From Octopus vulgaris (taxonomy: Eukaryota), in the NCBI GenBank assembly GCA_951406725.2, contig OX597828.1:6138001-6202000 (forward strand): a stretch of 64,000 nt of DNA, read 5' to 3'. The position numbers were made by a program, and so were the translations under genes. Position 1 is the first letter of the stretch; every line of letters starts with the position of its first letter. The notes below the pieces were generated by a model. That model was not told where the DNA came from and searched no databases. It saw nothing but the letters and a program-made list of their open reading frames with translations. Shown one piece after another: positions 12,423 to 23,888 of the stretch.

Positions 12423-13682
12423 ATGGCAATGAAAAATAACAAAATTTTGGAGTGGGAAATAATACCACCTAAAAAGTGGTTAAAAGACCGTGAAGATAGG
12501 ACGGTGGTGTTGAGAACCTACTCCAAGGCACTTGACACCATCGCCCTATTCGAAAAGACGGCAATTGAAAAGGAGTTGGAAGAGTATTTGCCAACAATTA
12601 AATTCATTTCCAGGGGTGTCAAATATGCAACGGTGTGGTTGCTATTTGACACCCCTGAAAGGCTTGCAAATTTGCTAGCAAACCCTTGGAGGGTAAGGAA
12701 ATCTTATTCCTGCCCACGTACAAAAAAAAGAAATTGATGAAAGCTTGGATCTGCGGACTGCCACCCGACATAGAACCCGAGTGGATAGAGGAGACTATCC
12801 GCCGGGGTCTGGGTGGCAGCGAAACTAAGCTCCTTAATGTAAAATTTCTTCCTGCGGCTGCTTGGGTTTGGTCAAAAGCAATTTTGACCCTGTGGACCCA
12901 ATCAGCCAATCTGGTTCTTCCAGATTTTTGAAAATGGCCGGGTGCAGGTACCCGGTGATGCTTGAGGGTCGCCCCTCTAAGTGTCATCGGTGCTTGGAGT
13001 CCGGCCACATAAAGAAGAACTGTCCCCGGGAACAAAATAGGATCCCGGAACAGTTAAGTAAAACCCCTCTAGAAGAGGGAATGATAACGGCCGAGAAAGC
13101 AGAGGACTCCTCAAACAGAGGCCGAAAGAGGAAGGTGAGCAACAATGGGTGCTCACCAAAGGATAATAGGGATGAGGAGAGGAAGCCGAATCTTCCAGCC
13201 ACGGAGGAGACGCACCCTCCCTCAGTTGAAAAGGAAAAAAAAAAAAGAAAAAGAGGAAGAAAATCGGGACATTACCGACTGTCAGTGTAGCACCGGAATG
13301 TCGCGGAACTACGTCGGTTGGGGTTGTGCCACCGACAAGAGAAGGAATACCATTGGCGGGAACTGTGCCGCCACCGAAAGAACTGAACGTATTGGTCCTC
13401 TTCTATAGAGGAGGAGAAATTGAAAAAGTGATGGAAGAGCATCACAAGGGAGCACCTTTAGCCTTCACACAGGACCCCGAATGGCCTCCGCAGGTAGCTG
13501 TGGAGGCCGTGACGTTCGACGTGACGCTTGGGCTAAAGGAGCTCAATGAAGACTATAACTTGGTCCCGGGCGACGCTGACTCGGAACTTGATTACGTTCT
13601 GAGGGAGGCGTGGTTGATGGTGGAGGGCGCGGGCACAAGCGACGATATGTATTATTGTAATGGACTTAAGTCCAAAAATTGA
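12423..13682 (+). pseudogene. Gag/ORF1-like nucleic-acid-binding protein with CX2CX4HX4C zinc knuckle (about 410 aa once frameshifts are joined)
   Basis: Overlapping ORFs 12423, 12686, 12862, 13145 and 13326 join into one reading: MAMKNNK...KAWICGLPPDIEPEWI...EGRPSKCHRCLESGHIKKNCP...basic/acidic tail. Confidence 0.75.
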
Positions 13683-14082
13683 AAATTGTAAGAGGATTAA
13701 TACCTCGTTTTGTATTAATAATGGACTGCTAAGTCCAAAAATTGGAAAAATTGTAAGAGGTTTAATACCTCGTTTTGTGTTTATCTTTTTAAAAAGAACA
13801 ATGTTTTAGAGAAGCGAAAGTCGGCGGGCGCTTTCTGTCTTCTCCCAGGACGATATGTAATTATTGAACTGTTAATATTAGTAATGGACTGCTAAGTCCA
13901 AAAATTGGAAAAATTGTAAGAGGTTTAATACCTCGTTTTGTGTTTATTTTTATTAATAATGGACTGCTAAATCCAAAAATTGGAAAAATTGTAAGAGGTT
14001 TAATACCTCGTTTTGTGTTTATCCTTAAAAAGAACAATGTTTTAGAGAAGCGATAGTCGGCGGGGGTGTTTTTCTTCTCCCA
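13641..14082 (+). repeat. Higher-order tandem repeat (A-A-B)x2 in the 3' UTR of the ORF1-only element
   Basis: Four ~62-nt units AATGGACTGCTAAGTCCAAAAATTGG...GAGGTTTAATACCTCG and two AAAAAGAACAATGTTTTAGAGAAGCG units; blocks start with GACGATATGTA at 13641 and 13849. Confidence 0.9.
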
Positions 14083-15009
14083 TCCTTATCATCTTTCATT
14101 CATTATCATTCACTTCATTAATGTCCTCATCCAGCCCGCAAAGCTAACTTAATCTGTGTACTGCCTTTATGGCAAATGTTTTGAAATAAAGTAGCTTGCT
14201 AACCAACCACATGGTTCCGGGTTCAGTCTCACTGCGTGACATCTTGGGTAAGTGTCTTCTGCTATAGCCCCGGGCCGACCAATGCCTTGTGAGTGGATTT
14301 GGTAGACGGAAACTGAAAGAAGCCTGTCGTATATATGTATATATATATATGTGTGTGTTTGTGTGTCTGTGTTTGTCCCTCTAGCATTGCTTGACAACAA
14401 ATGCTGGTGTGTTTACGTCCCCGTCACTTAGTGGTTCGGCAAAAGAGACCGATAGAATAAGTACTGGGCTTACAAAGACTAACTCCCGGGGTCGATTTGC
14501 TCGACTAAAGGCGGTGCTCCAGCATGGCCGCAGTCAAATGACTGAAACAAGTAAAAGAGTAAAAGGGAGTAAAGAGTATATTCTATATATATATAGAATA
14601 TACATATATTCTATTCAAGACACAAGTGACTCTGGCAATTACCAAGACAGACAGATTAGATAGAAACATAAGTAGGGTGATAGGCAGATTGGCAGGTAGA
14701 TTAGCAGGAAAATATGTAGGCAGGAAGGCAGGTAAGCATTCATGCAGGTAGGTAGGTTAGTAGGTAGGTAGGTAGGTAGGTAGGTTAGAAGATAGATAGG
14801 TTGGTACGTAGTAAGTATTTGAGGTGTGAAAATAGATAACCAAATACGTATTTAAGTGTACATGTATATGAAAGTATGTATGTATATATTTGATTGTATA
14901 TATAACACATAAAGCGAAAATATTGCGCAGCGAGTGTGTATGCGCATACCTAAATGTATATATATATATATATATATATACATATTCTGTTTGTCTGTCT
15001 GTCTCTCTC

Positions 15010-15040
<31 letters not shown>

Positions 15041-15338
15041 AAAATATATATAAATTACATGCATAAATGCATAGAATAATATTATTATGAACGTGTGTTT
15101 ATGGGGGAACTTTTAAGCATATTAGTATTTTTAATGTTGTTATAAATTGGAAGCTGGAGTGTTTAATATACTAGTATGTGCATATAAACCACGTATACAC
15201 ATATTCGTTGTGTCTGTGCAAGTGTAAGTATATGAGTGTATGCCTATATATATACGTATGTGTGTATGTATAAATATATAGATAATTATAGATATAGATA
15301 TATGCACATATACATAAATTTATGCGAATATATATTAT

Positions 15339-15782
15339 AACTTATATGTAAGCGCAAAAGAAAAAATTTCTAATGCCAAATATGCCGAAAACAGACACAT
15401 CGTCAATATATTTGGGGTACTTAATTGTGCGCATGACTCAGTGTTTGCTTATTCCATGGGTATAAGTAAGTATTTCATTTATTTCTTTGCCGCATTTATC
15501 ACTGACGAAGAGAAGGTTCTTATGAATTAACTCTGAAATAGGGTCCGATATGATAATAACGGAATTTTTTAGTAATTTCTGTCGAATTTCTTCGAGATGC
15601 GTGCTTATAGTGATGAATTATATGGTTATTGACGATGTGTCTGTTTTCGGCATATTTGGCATTAGAAATTTTTTTCTTTTGCCCTTGCTTATAAGTTGTT
15701 TATAAATTTAACCTTTAAAGATATTTTTTAATATGCTGGCCATTGACAGAATTTGTTTTCGAAAAATTTTATCTTATATTAG
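15339..15782 (+). mobile_element. Fold-back PLE-terminus-like element with hammerhead
   Basis: Inverted arms 15339-15408 and 15627-15697; hammerhead at 15496-15556; related to 46829-47272. Confidence 0.7.
15496..15556 (+). ncRNA. Type I hammerhead ribozyme motif
   Basis: TTATCA-CTGACGA-AGAG(18 nt)CTCT-GAAA-TAGGGTCCGA-TA-TGATAA: canonical core, stem I and stem II. Confidence 0.7.
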
Positions 15783-15806
15783 ATGTATATATATATATAT
15801 ATATAT

Positions 15807-17910
15807 AATTGAGAAAGAGAGAAACAAATTTCATATCATTCAATCCATTTCAAATTGTCGAAATTCTCCGCAATATACGTAGATGTGTTCACATATATGA
15901 GACATGATAAAAATTCCTAAGAAATTACAAATATATATAAATATATTTATAAATATAGAAAAATCCATAAATATATAAAAGTTTATAAATATAGAAAAAA
16001 ATTATAAACATATAAACATATAAATAAGAATACATAGATGTACTTGCGAGGTTGAATGTCTGTACTAGAATCAATGGGGAGGGTAGATGAAAGAGTTAGT
16101 ATAAAATTATTTAAGAGATAATGGCTTACTCTATCCTTACCATGAGCCTAATAAGACTATTAAGTATATCCAAGCCTTATCAAATCATCCCCAAAGTGTC
16201 ATTAAGGGGATATTCAAAGATATGTCCATAAGAATATCTAACTTATCCGCAAACAAAAAGATCGACGATTTTGCTCCCCTTTATAATACAGCATTAAAAG
16301 ACAGTGGATGGAAGAGGAAAATATATCATATTAAGAACGCAATATTTAAAAATAAATTAGGCCAAAGTTTTCCAAATAATACGAACTTAAACATCAACAC
16401 ACCTCTCGTAAACAACCCCGCCTCCAAATATAGGAACCAACAATATACTACCAACAATAGAAGATGCTATAATTTATTTAATCATAATGACAGTATCTAT
16501 ACTTGGCAGGGCAGAATAGAAACAAATCGGGGAGGAGACGGGAAATTATATGGTTCACACCTTTTCCCTCCAGGTCAGAAACCTCCCTAAATTATATTTT
16601 AGAATTATCGATAGGAACTTCTCACTAGGACATAGATATCATTCCAAGTTTAATAGATGCTGCCTTAAATTATCGTACTCAACCATACCCAATCTAGGAT
16701 CTATAATCTTGGCCAACAATCGACTTAAATTTAGAATAACAGCATTAATAGAGATGGTTAAAATAGCTGACCTTAATATGAAGAATAATAAGAACCCTGA
16801 TATTGAAAATAAAAAGGCTAAACCTAGAAATAAAACATGTAATTGTCGTAATAGGGAGCTAGGTCCCTTAAAAGGATTCTGGTTAAAGAGATATGTCGTA
16901 TATAAAGTTGAGGTTTCAAACCTTAATGAACCTAAAAAGTTATACATAGGAAGTGCGACAGATTTCAAGATTAGATATAGGGCACACGCAAATTCATTTA
17001 TCAAACACGAAACAAAAACTTCAACCACACTAGCTACCCACATCAATAAATTAAAAATACGCAATAAAGAATTCAGTGTATATTGGTGTTTCATAAAGGA
17101 AACCACACCACATAATACACACACTAAAAATTGCAATTTATGCACGAAGGAGGCGATCCACATACGCCATACCAACAAAAAGTAATCTTGATAAGATATC
17201 TGATGTCATAATTACCTGTAGACATAAATATCTTTCAACTCTTAAATTCTTTCCTTAAAATAATTAGCCTGTAGGATTTTAATCTAATCACCCTTCATAT
17301 TTTGAATTCATCGTCAAATACTATTATATATAGCGTCGTAATGCATCTTCACATGTAACTTTAATTCTAATTCTAATTTCTCATGAAAAGTATGCTGCGA
17401 CAAAGCATTCGTTTTATAAAAATTCTCAAACCTTTCATGTCTCTTAAAGCTTTAACAACTCTTTGAATCTTTTAACTCTGATGAGAGACGTCTAGATAAT
17501 TGCTATGATTGGAGTTAGCTCGCACATACCAACCTATATCTTCCCGAAACGGCCATGAGACTCTGCACTCATTCAGGATTACTCTTAAATCATTTTACAC
17601 TAAATTTCTCATCTACCCTCCCCATTGATTCTAATATAGACATTCAACCTCGCAAGTACATCTATGTATTTATATTTATATATTTATATGCTTATACATT
17701 TTTATATATTCATAATGGTTTATATATTTATGAATTTTTATATATCTCTAACTCTTCGTATATTTATATATTTATAATATCTTATAAATGTTTACCATAT
17801 CTCATATATGTGAACGAATTTATGTATATTGTGGAGAATTTCGACAATTTGAAATGGATAGAATGAACATAAATACGGACCTTTGGAATTCGTTTCTGTC
17901 TTTCCTAATT
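15807..17910 (+). mobile_element. Penelope-like element (Naiad-like), 5'-truncated, bracketed by a ~310-bp inverted pseudo-LTR
   Basis: 15807-16117 is the diverged reverse complement of 17582-17910; coding remnant lies between; CTGATGA at 17478 and GAAACGGCC at ~17546. Confidence 0.85.
16130..17185 (+). pseudogene. PLE RT C-terminus/linker and GIY-YIG endonuclease (frameshifted)
   Basis: SNHPQSVIKGIFKDMSIRISNLS, FNRCCLKLSYSTIPN, TCNCRN..PLKG, VVYKVEV...LYIGSATDFKIRYRAH, CNLCTKE. Confidence 0.85.
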
Positions 17911-18235
17911 TTATATTCCTGAAGCTCTATAGGAGCGCTAGTTACTTGTAGTGTATAAAGTGGATAACTATAACATTTAATTCTTCATCATATATATGTC
18001 AAAAGGATATGTTATAATGCTATTCCACAGCCATACCAACAATCCAACATACATCCATCATCAGCTGCCTCACGGATATCATTATCGTTTCGACACCTGT
18101 GTTGTACCATTCAATCCGGCAATGTCAACAGCTCTAAAACAAGTGTTGTTTGAGAACAAACAAACCACAGAAACAACAACATTCAAACACATTCACCAAA
18201 TGTACAACCGTATCGAGAAATAAATTCGATAAGTA

Positions 18236-18719
<484 letters not shown>

Positions 18720-18721
<2 letters not shown>

Positions 18722-18940
18722 GCCGCAATGGCCCAGTGGTTAGGGCAGCGGACTTGCGGTCGGAGGATCGCGGTTTCGATTCCCAGACCGGGCGTTGTGT
18801 GTGTTTATTGAGCGAAAACACCTAAAAGCTCCACGAGGCTCCGGCAGGGGATGGTGGTGATCCCTGCTGTACTCTTTCACCACTCTAAAAGGCGGTGCTC
18901 CAGCATGGCCGCAGTCGAATGACTGAGACAAGTACAAAAA

Positions 18941-18958
<18 letters not shown>
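18720..18958 (+). mobile_element. tRNA-derived SINE family C with family-A-type 3' tail and poly(A)
   Basis: A box TGGCCCAGTGG, B box GGTTTCGATTCC, tail AAAGGCGGTGCTCCAGCATGGCCGCAGTC then an A-run. Confidence 0.8.
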
Positions 18959-18974
<16 letters not shown>

Positions 18975-19038
18975 TATAAATAGATATATTGATAGATAGA
19001 TATAGATATATGCGCATATGTATACATTTAAATATATA

Positions 19039-19138
<100 letters not shown>

Positions 19139-19617
19139 GTTTATATATATATATATATATATACATCCTTTGCATTATATATATATATATTTACATTCAA
19201 CTGATTAACAGTGTAAGTACATTCACAAAAATATTCATAGATGTGCGAATTTGGTTGTGTGCGTGTTGGTGCTTATCCACGTGCGTGAACGTGTGCCATT
19301 GCGCATGTGTGTCTGTAAGACTATCTACATATTTTTTCTATTATTCTCTATCATTCTACACCGGAAGTAGTTATCTATTCTGTTAATATTTTTACAAACT
19401 AAATTTATTTTTCGAGTGACATGACATCCAGCTTTAAAAAATTTACTTTCACATCTCAGATGTATTTTCAGATAAGACGATAAATTCATGTTATAGATAA
19501 AAATGATAGCAGAATGCCAATAATAATATTGGTTTAACAAATTCATCTAAGCTGTAATAAACAACACTAGCTCTTTCTCTATCTCTGACTTTCACGCAGT
19601 ATATGACTTCAAACACA

Positions 19618-19674
<57 letters not shown>

Positions 19675-19741
19675 ACACGCACACACACACACACGTATAT
19701 ATGTTTGTATGTGTATGTGCGCATGTGTATACGTGTATGAA

Positions 19742-20130
19742 TAGAAACTTTAGCACGCCGGGCGAAATGCTTTACAGTATTTTATCTGCCGCTACGTTCT
19801 GAGTTCAAATTCTGCCGGAGTCGACTTTACCTTTCATCCTTTCGGGGTCGATAAATTAAGTACCAGTTACGCACTGGAGTCGATGTATTCGACATAATCC
19901 GTTTGTCTGTCCTTGTTTGTCCTCTCTGTTTAGCTCCCTTGTGGGTAGTAAAGAAATAGGTATTTCGTCTGCCGTTACGAAAGGCGGTCTTCTGAGTTCA
20001 AATTTCGCGAGGTCGACATTGCCTTTCATCCTTTCGGGGTCAATAAATTAAGTACCAGTTGCGTACTGGCTCGATCTAATCGACTGGCCCCCTTCCCCCA
20101 AAATTTCAGGCTTTGTGCCTTGAGTAAAAA
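19742..20130 (+). mobile_element. SINE family B, internally duplicated (two bodies)
   Basis: TTCTGAGTTCAAATT...CCTTTCATCCTTTCGGGGTC...AAGTACCAGTT occurs twice. Confidence 0.8.
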
Positions 20131-20188
20131 TTATATAGTCAGCCATATATGCGTATATGTCTATATGTATATAAATATATATATATTC

Positions 20189-20560
20189 TGTTTATTCTTT
20201 TATTTGCTTCGGTCATTTGACTGCGGCCATGCTGTATCACCGCTATTAGTCGGACAAATCGACCACATGACTTATTCTTTGTAAGCTTGCTACTTTTTCT
20301 ATCTGTCTCTTTCTCCGAACCTCTAAGTTGCAAAGACATAAACATATCAACATAGATTGTCAAGCGATAGTGTTGGGAACATTCACAGACACACAAACGT
20401 ATACACACACATACACAGACATATATATATGTTTATACATACACACACACACAGGTTCCGTCTACCAAATACACCTTCAAAGGCTAAGTAGGCCTGAGGG
20501 TATTTCAGAGAGACACTTGCCCAAAGTGCCACACAGTGGGACCGAACCCGGTGCCATGCG
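20189..20560 (-). mobile_element. SINE family A, diverged
   Basis: Reverse complement of the tail (CATTTGACTGCGGCCATGCTG) and of the head (GACACTTGCCCAAAGTGCCAC). Confidence 0.75.
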
Positions 20561-20561
20561 G

Positions 20562-20608
<47 letters not shown>

Positions 20609-20611
<3 letters not shown>

Positions 20612-20809
20612 GACCGCGTGTGTACCGTTGGCGATTTTTTTCCTCCGTCTTCCCTTCTTTGGATCTTTCCTTTTCCTATGTTTCTGACGAAGAGCCCCGC
20701 TCGAAACGTTAGACACTCCTTCTTTCCTTCTTTCCTGAGCGTCCAATAATACTATTCTTGTTCTACGTCCTCGCGTTGTTGTGTTTTCTCTGTGTTTTCA
20801 TGTTTGGAT

Positions 20810-20813
<4 letters not shown>
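20609..20813 (+). mobile_element. ~205-bp non-coding PLE-terminus-like element between (TA)n tracts, carrying a hammerhead
   Basis: Related to 50440-50660 and 61150-61350; hammerhead at 20679-20715. Confidence 0.7.
20679..20715 (+). ncRNA. Minimal hammerhead ribozyme motif
   Basis: TGTTT-CTGACGA-A-GAGC ccc GCTC-GAAA-CG-TT-AGACA; palindromic AACGTT stem III as in dimer-forming PLE hammerheads. Confidence 0.75.
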
Positions 20814-20871
<58 letters not shown>

Positions 20872-21049
20872 TGTATGTATGGATGTATACGTATATGTAT
20901 GTGTGTATATATGTATATGCATAGATACCTTATTGTTAAAGAGGAAAACAAACGTTAAGGCAAGACAAACATCTCAAGTCATATATATTATTATTACTGG
21001 AAAAAATTATCTTGAAATGCTAAAGATTAAATTTATTCATTTAAATCGA

Positions 21050-22044
21050 GATTGGCTTAACTAAGCCCTACACACAAAGGGGTTGCAGTCTGCGGAGTTT
21101 AGTGGCCTGATGTGAATGGTGATGTGGGTGCAGAAATTGTCTGTCAGTCATAACTGGGTTCTCCTGCTTGTGTGGCATGGTGCAGAGTCCAGTTCCTAGA
21201 TATGGGGTGTTCCAGAAGTCAGTCACTTGAACTAGGGCAGCACTACCTACTACAAGCACGTGATATTGGTCTGCGTGTTGAGTGTGAGACCGTGTAAGAA
21301 GATGAATGGATGCATAAGGTTACCATCACTAGTGATCACTCCAAATACCATGATGTAGACGGGATGTTTGAATTTTATCATTCTCGGTACATGTTTTAGG
21401 GACACGGCAAGTCAACGGTTGTTCAGTGTTCACCATCTGATCCTGGTAGGAAATTTCCTCGACAGTGAAAATCCAAAACATTTTCGGCTGGAGGGGGTGC
21501 TTGAGCTTGTTCAAAAGCTTCATGGTGCGGTCTTTCTACTCGTCCTTGATAGCTTGAAATAATAATCGGCCCCTTCACATCTTGTATGAGGAATACTGAA
21601 TGTGTTCATACACTACCTGCCTGATAGGAAACTCAGACACTCCCAAGTCTCTGGCGAAGGATCTAACTCACTTAGAGGGGTCGTTGTCAATAATGGCATG
21701 GATATCACAAACAGATTCAAGAGTTCTTTTCTGGTCAGAATGAGTTTCCGAGCTGCCGTACCTTCGTACTCACCATTAAACGCATCTAACACTTTCAAAT
21801 CCTCTGTACTATCCGCAGATTGATACACAAACACTCTGATATGTTCATATTGGAGCTTTCGACACGATTGCCAAGCAGTACAGCTTGTCGTTTCCAAATT
21901 TCTTGCAGAGTGAATTGCGTCATGGTGCAGTCTTTGTCACAGACGGTGCCCGACTGATCCAACTATACTCTGTAGTTGACAAAAAAAAAGCAGATGCGAG
22001 AAAAAAGAAATATAAATGGTGACAATATACCCATCGCACATTGT
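21050..22044 (-). mobile_element. Decayed Tc1/mariner transposon, maT (DD37D)-like transposase remnant
   Basis: Manual translation gives IIDNDPSK..RSFARDLGVSEF, KLLNKLKHP, KHPVYIMVFGVITSDG, DSAPCHTSRRTQ and PLNSADCNP, with many stops and frameshifts. Confidence 0.75.
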
Positions 22045-22074
22045 ATATATATATGTATATATATATAACTCCAA

Positions 22075-22261
22075 CGTGGAAGGTGTTTATAAGCCATTTA
22101 AAATACACAAAAGCCTTAGATTCACTTCAACATTACAATTTGAATTTAACGGGTTTTTTTGTGTTTTAAATGGCTGATAAACACCTTTCATGCTGCAATT
22201 GTTTTCGTTCAAGCACACGATCTCAGATCAGGTCACTTGGTATGCAAGTACGCCTCCGTAA
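22075..22261 (+). mobile_element. Short fold-back element (arms 22075-22115 and 22152-22192) between (TA)n tracts
   Basis: Its 3' end CACACGATCTCAGATCAGGTCACTTGGTATGCAAGTAC...CCGTAA also occurs at 32095-32157. Confidence 0.7.
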
Positions 22262-22280
22262 TATATATATATATATATAT

Positions 22281-22317
<37 letters not shown>

Positions 22318-22325
22318 TGTATATG

Positions 22326-22367
<42 letters not shown>

Positions 22368-22752
22368 TAACCCTCCCGGCGCATGCATGTACACAGACAT
22401 TCACACTTATACAGGCATGATGAATAGATATGTCTATAAAGCAAAACAGGAATATATATCATACGTACATTGGTGCATAAGTGTACTTTAATATACATAC
22501 ACACACCTGCACACGGGTATGTGAGTGAATATCCATATATAAATATATAAGTATATACATATGCATTCATACACATATTCGTGCATACACATATACGCAT
22601 ACGCAGGAACATACCTGAATATATGTATTTTTACATACATACATGCACACATCCACAGGTGTACAGATACACAAACCTAAATATGTACATGCATAAATAA
22701 ACATGCACCCCCACACATACACACAAATACTCTGTGAGTACATGAGTGAACG

Positions 22753-22791
22753 TTAATAATAATAATAATAATAATGTTAATAATAATAATG

Positions 22792-22822
<31 letters not shown>

Positions 22823-22848
22823 TAATAATGATGATAATAATAATAATG

Positions 22849-22892
<44 letters not shown>

Positions 22893-22893
22893 G

Positions 22894-22972
<79 letters not shown>

Positions 22973-22998
22973 TAATAATGATGATAATAATAATAATG

Positions 22999-23050
<52 letters not shown>

Positions 23051-23112
23051 TAATAATAATAATAATAACGATAATAATAATAATGATAATAATGATGATA
23101 ATAATAATAATG

Positions 23113-23171
<59 letters not shown>

Positions 23172-23172
23172 G

Positions 23173-23254
<82 letters not shown>

Positions 23255-23280
23255 TAATAATGATGATAATAATAATAATG

Positions 23281-23320
<40 letters not shown>

Positions 23321-23382
23321 TAATAATAATAATAATAACGATAATAATAATAATGATAATAATGATGATAATAATAATAATG

Positions 23383-23477
<95 letters not shown>

Positions 23478-23478
23478 G

Positions 23479-23566
<88 letters not shown>

Positions 23567-23577
23567 TAATAATGATG

Positions 23578-23617
<40 letters not shown>

Positions 23618-23619
23618 TG

Positions 23620-23696
<77 letters not shown>

Positions 23697-23746
23697 GATA
23701 ACAATAATAATAATATAATAATAATAATTATAATAATAACGATAAC

Positions 23747-23799
<53 letters not shown>

Positions 23800-23801
23800 T
23801 A
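22753..23801. repeat. ~1.05-kb (AAT)n microsatellite with GAT/AAC variant triplets
   Basis: Read directly; source of the poly-I, poly-L and poly-N ORFs. Confidence 0.98.
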
Positions 23802-23829
23802 GTACATAAGCATGTCTGTGTGTGAGTGT

Positions 23830-23888
<59 letters not shown>

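Larger units (their letters stand above)
11717..14188 (+). mobile_element. ORF1-only non-LTR retroelement (HAL1-like; L1/Tx1-related), 2472 bp, 15-bp TSD
   Basis: TSD AAGTAGCTTGCTAAC at 11702-11716 and 14189-14203; ~700-nt leader; single frameshifted ORF with CCHC knuckle; 3' TGCC-TTTAT-GGCA stem-loop then AATAAA; no EN or RT motifs. Confidence 0.8.
11680..14578 (+). mobile_element. SINE family A copy split by a 2.47-kb insertion (head 11680-11716; remainder 14189-14578)
   Basis: The head stops after AAGTAGCTTGCTAAC and resumes with the same 15-mer at 14189. Confidence 0.9.

Noticed and set aside
13641-14082. Repeat array considered as CRISPR-like
   Set aside because: No unique spacers, no cas genes, eukaryotic retroelement context.
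16836-16885. Possible selenocysteine codons in the Naiad-like zinc motif
   Set aside because: The motif positions read TGT, TGT, GGT and TGG, with no in-frame TGA.
18050-18135. Minus-strand CTGTTGA...GAAAC and CTGATGA hammerhead-like words
   Set aside because: Core and stems cannot be assembled into a consistent fold.
18720-18795. Possible tRNA gene
   Set aside because: Continues into a SINE body and tail, and the cloverleaf is incomplete; it is a SINE head.
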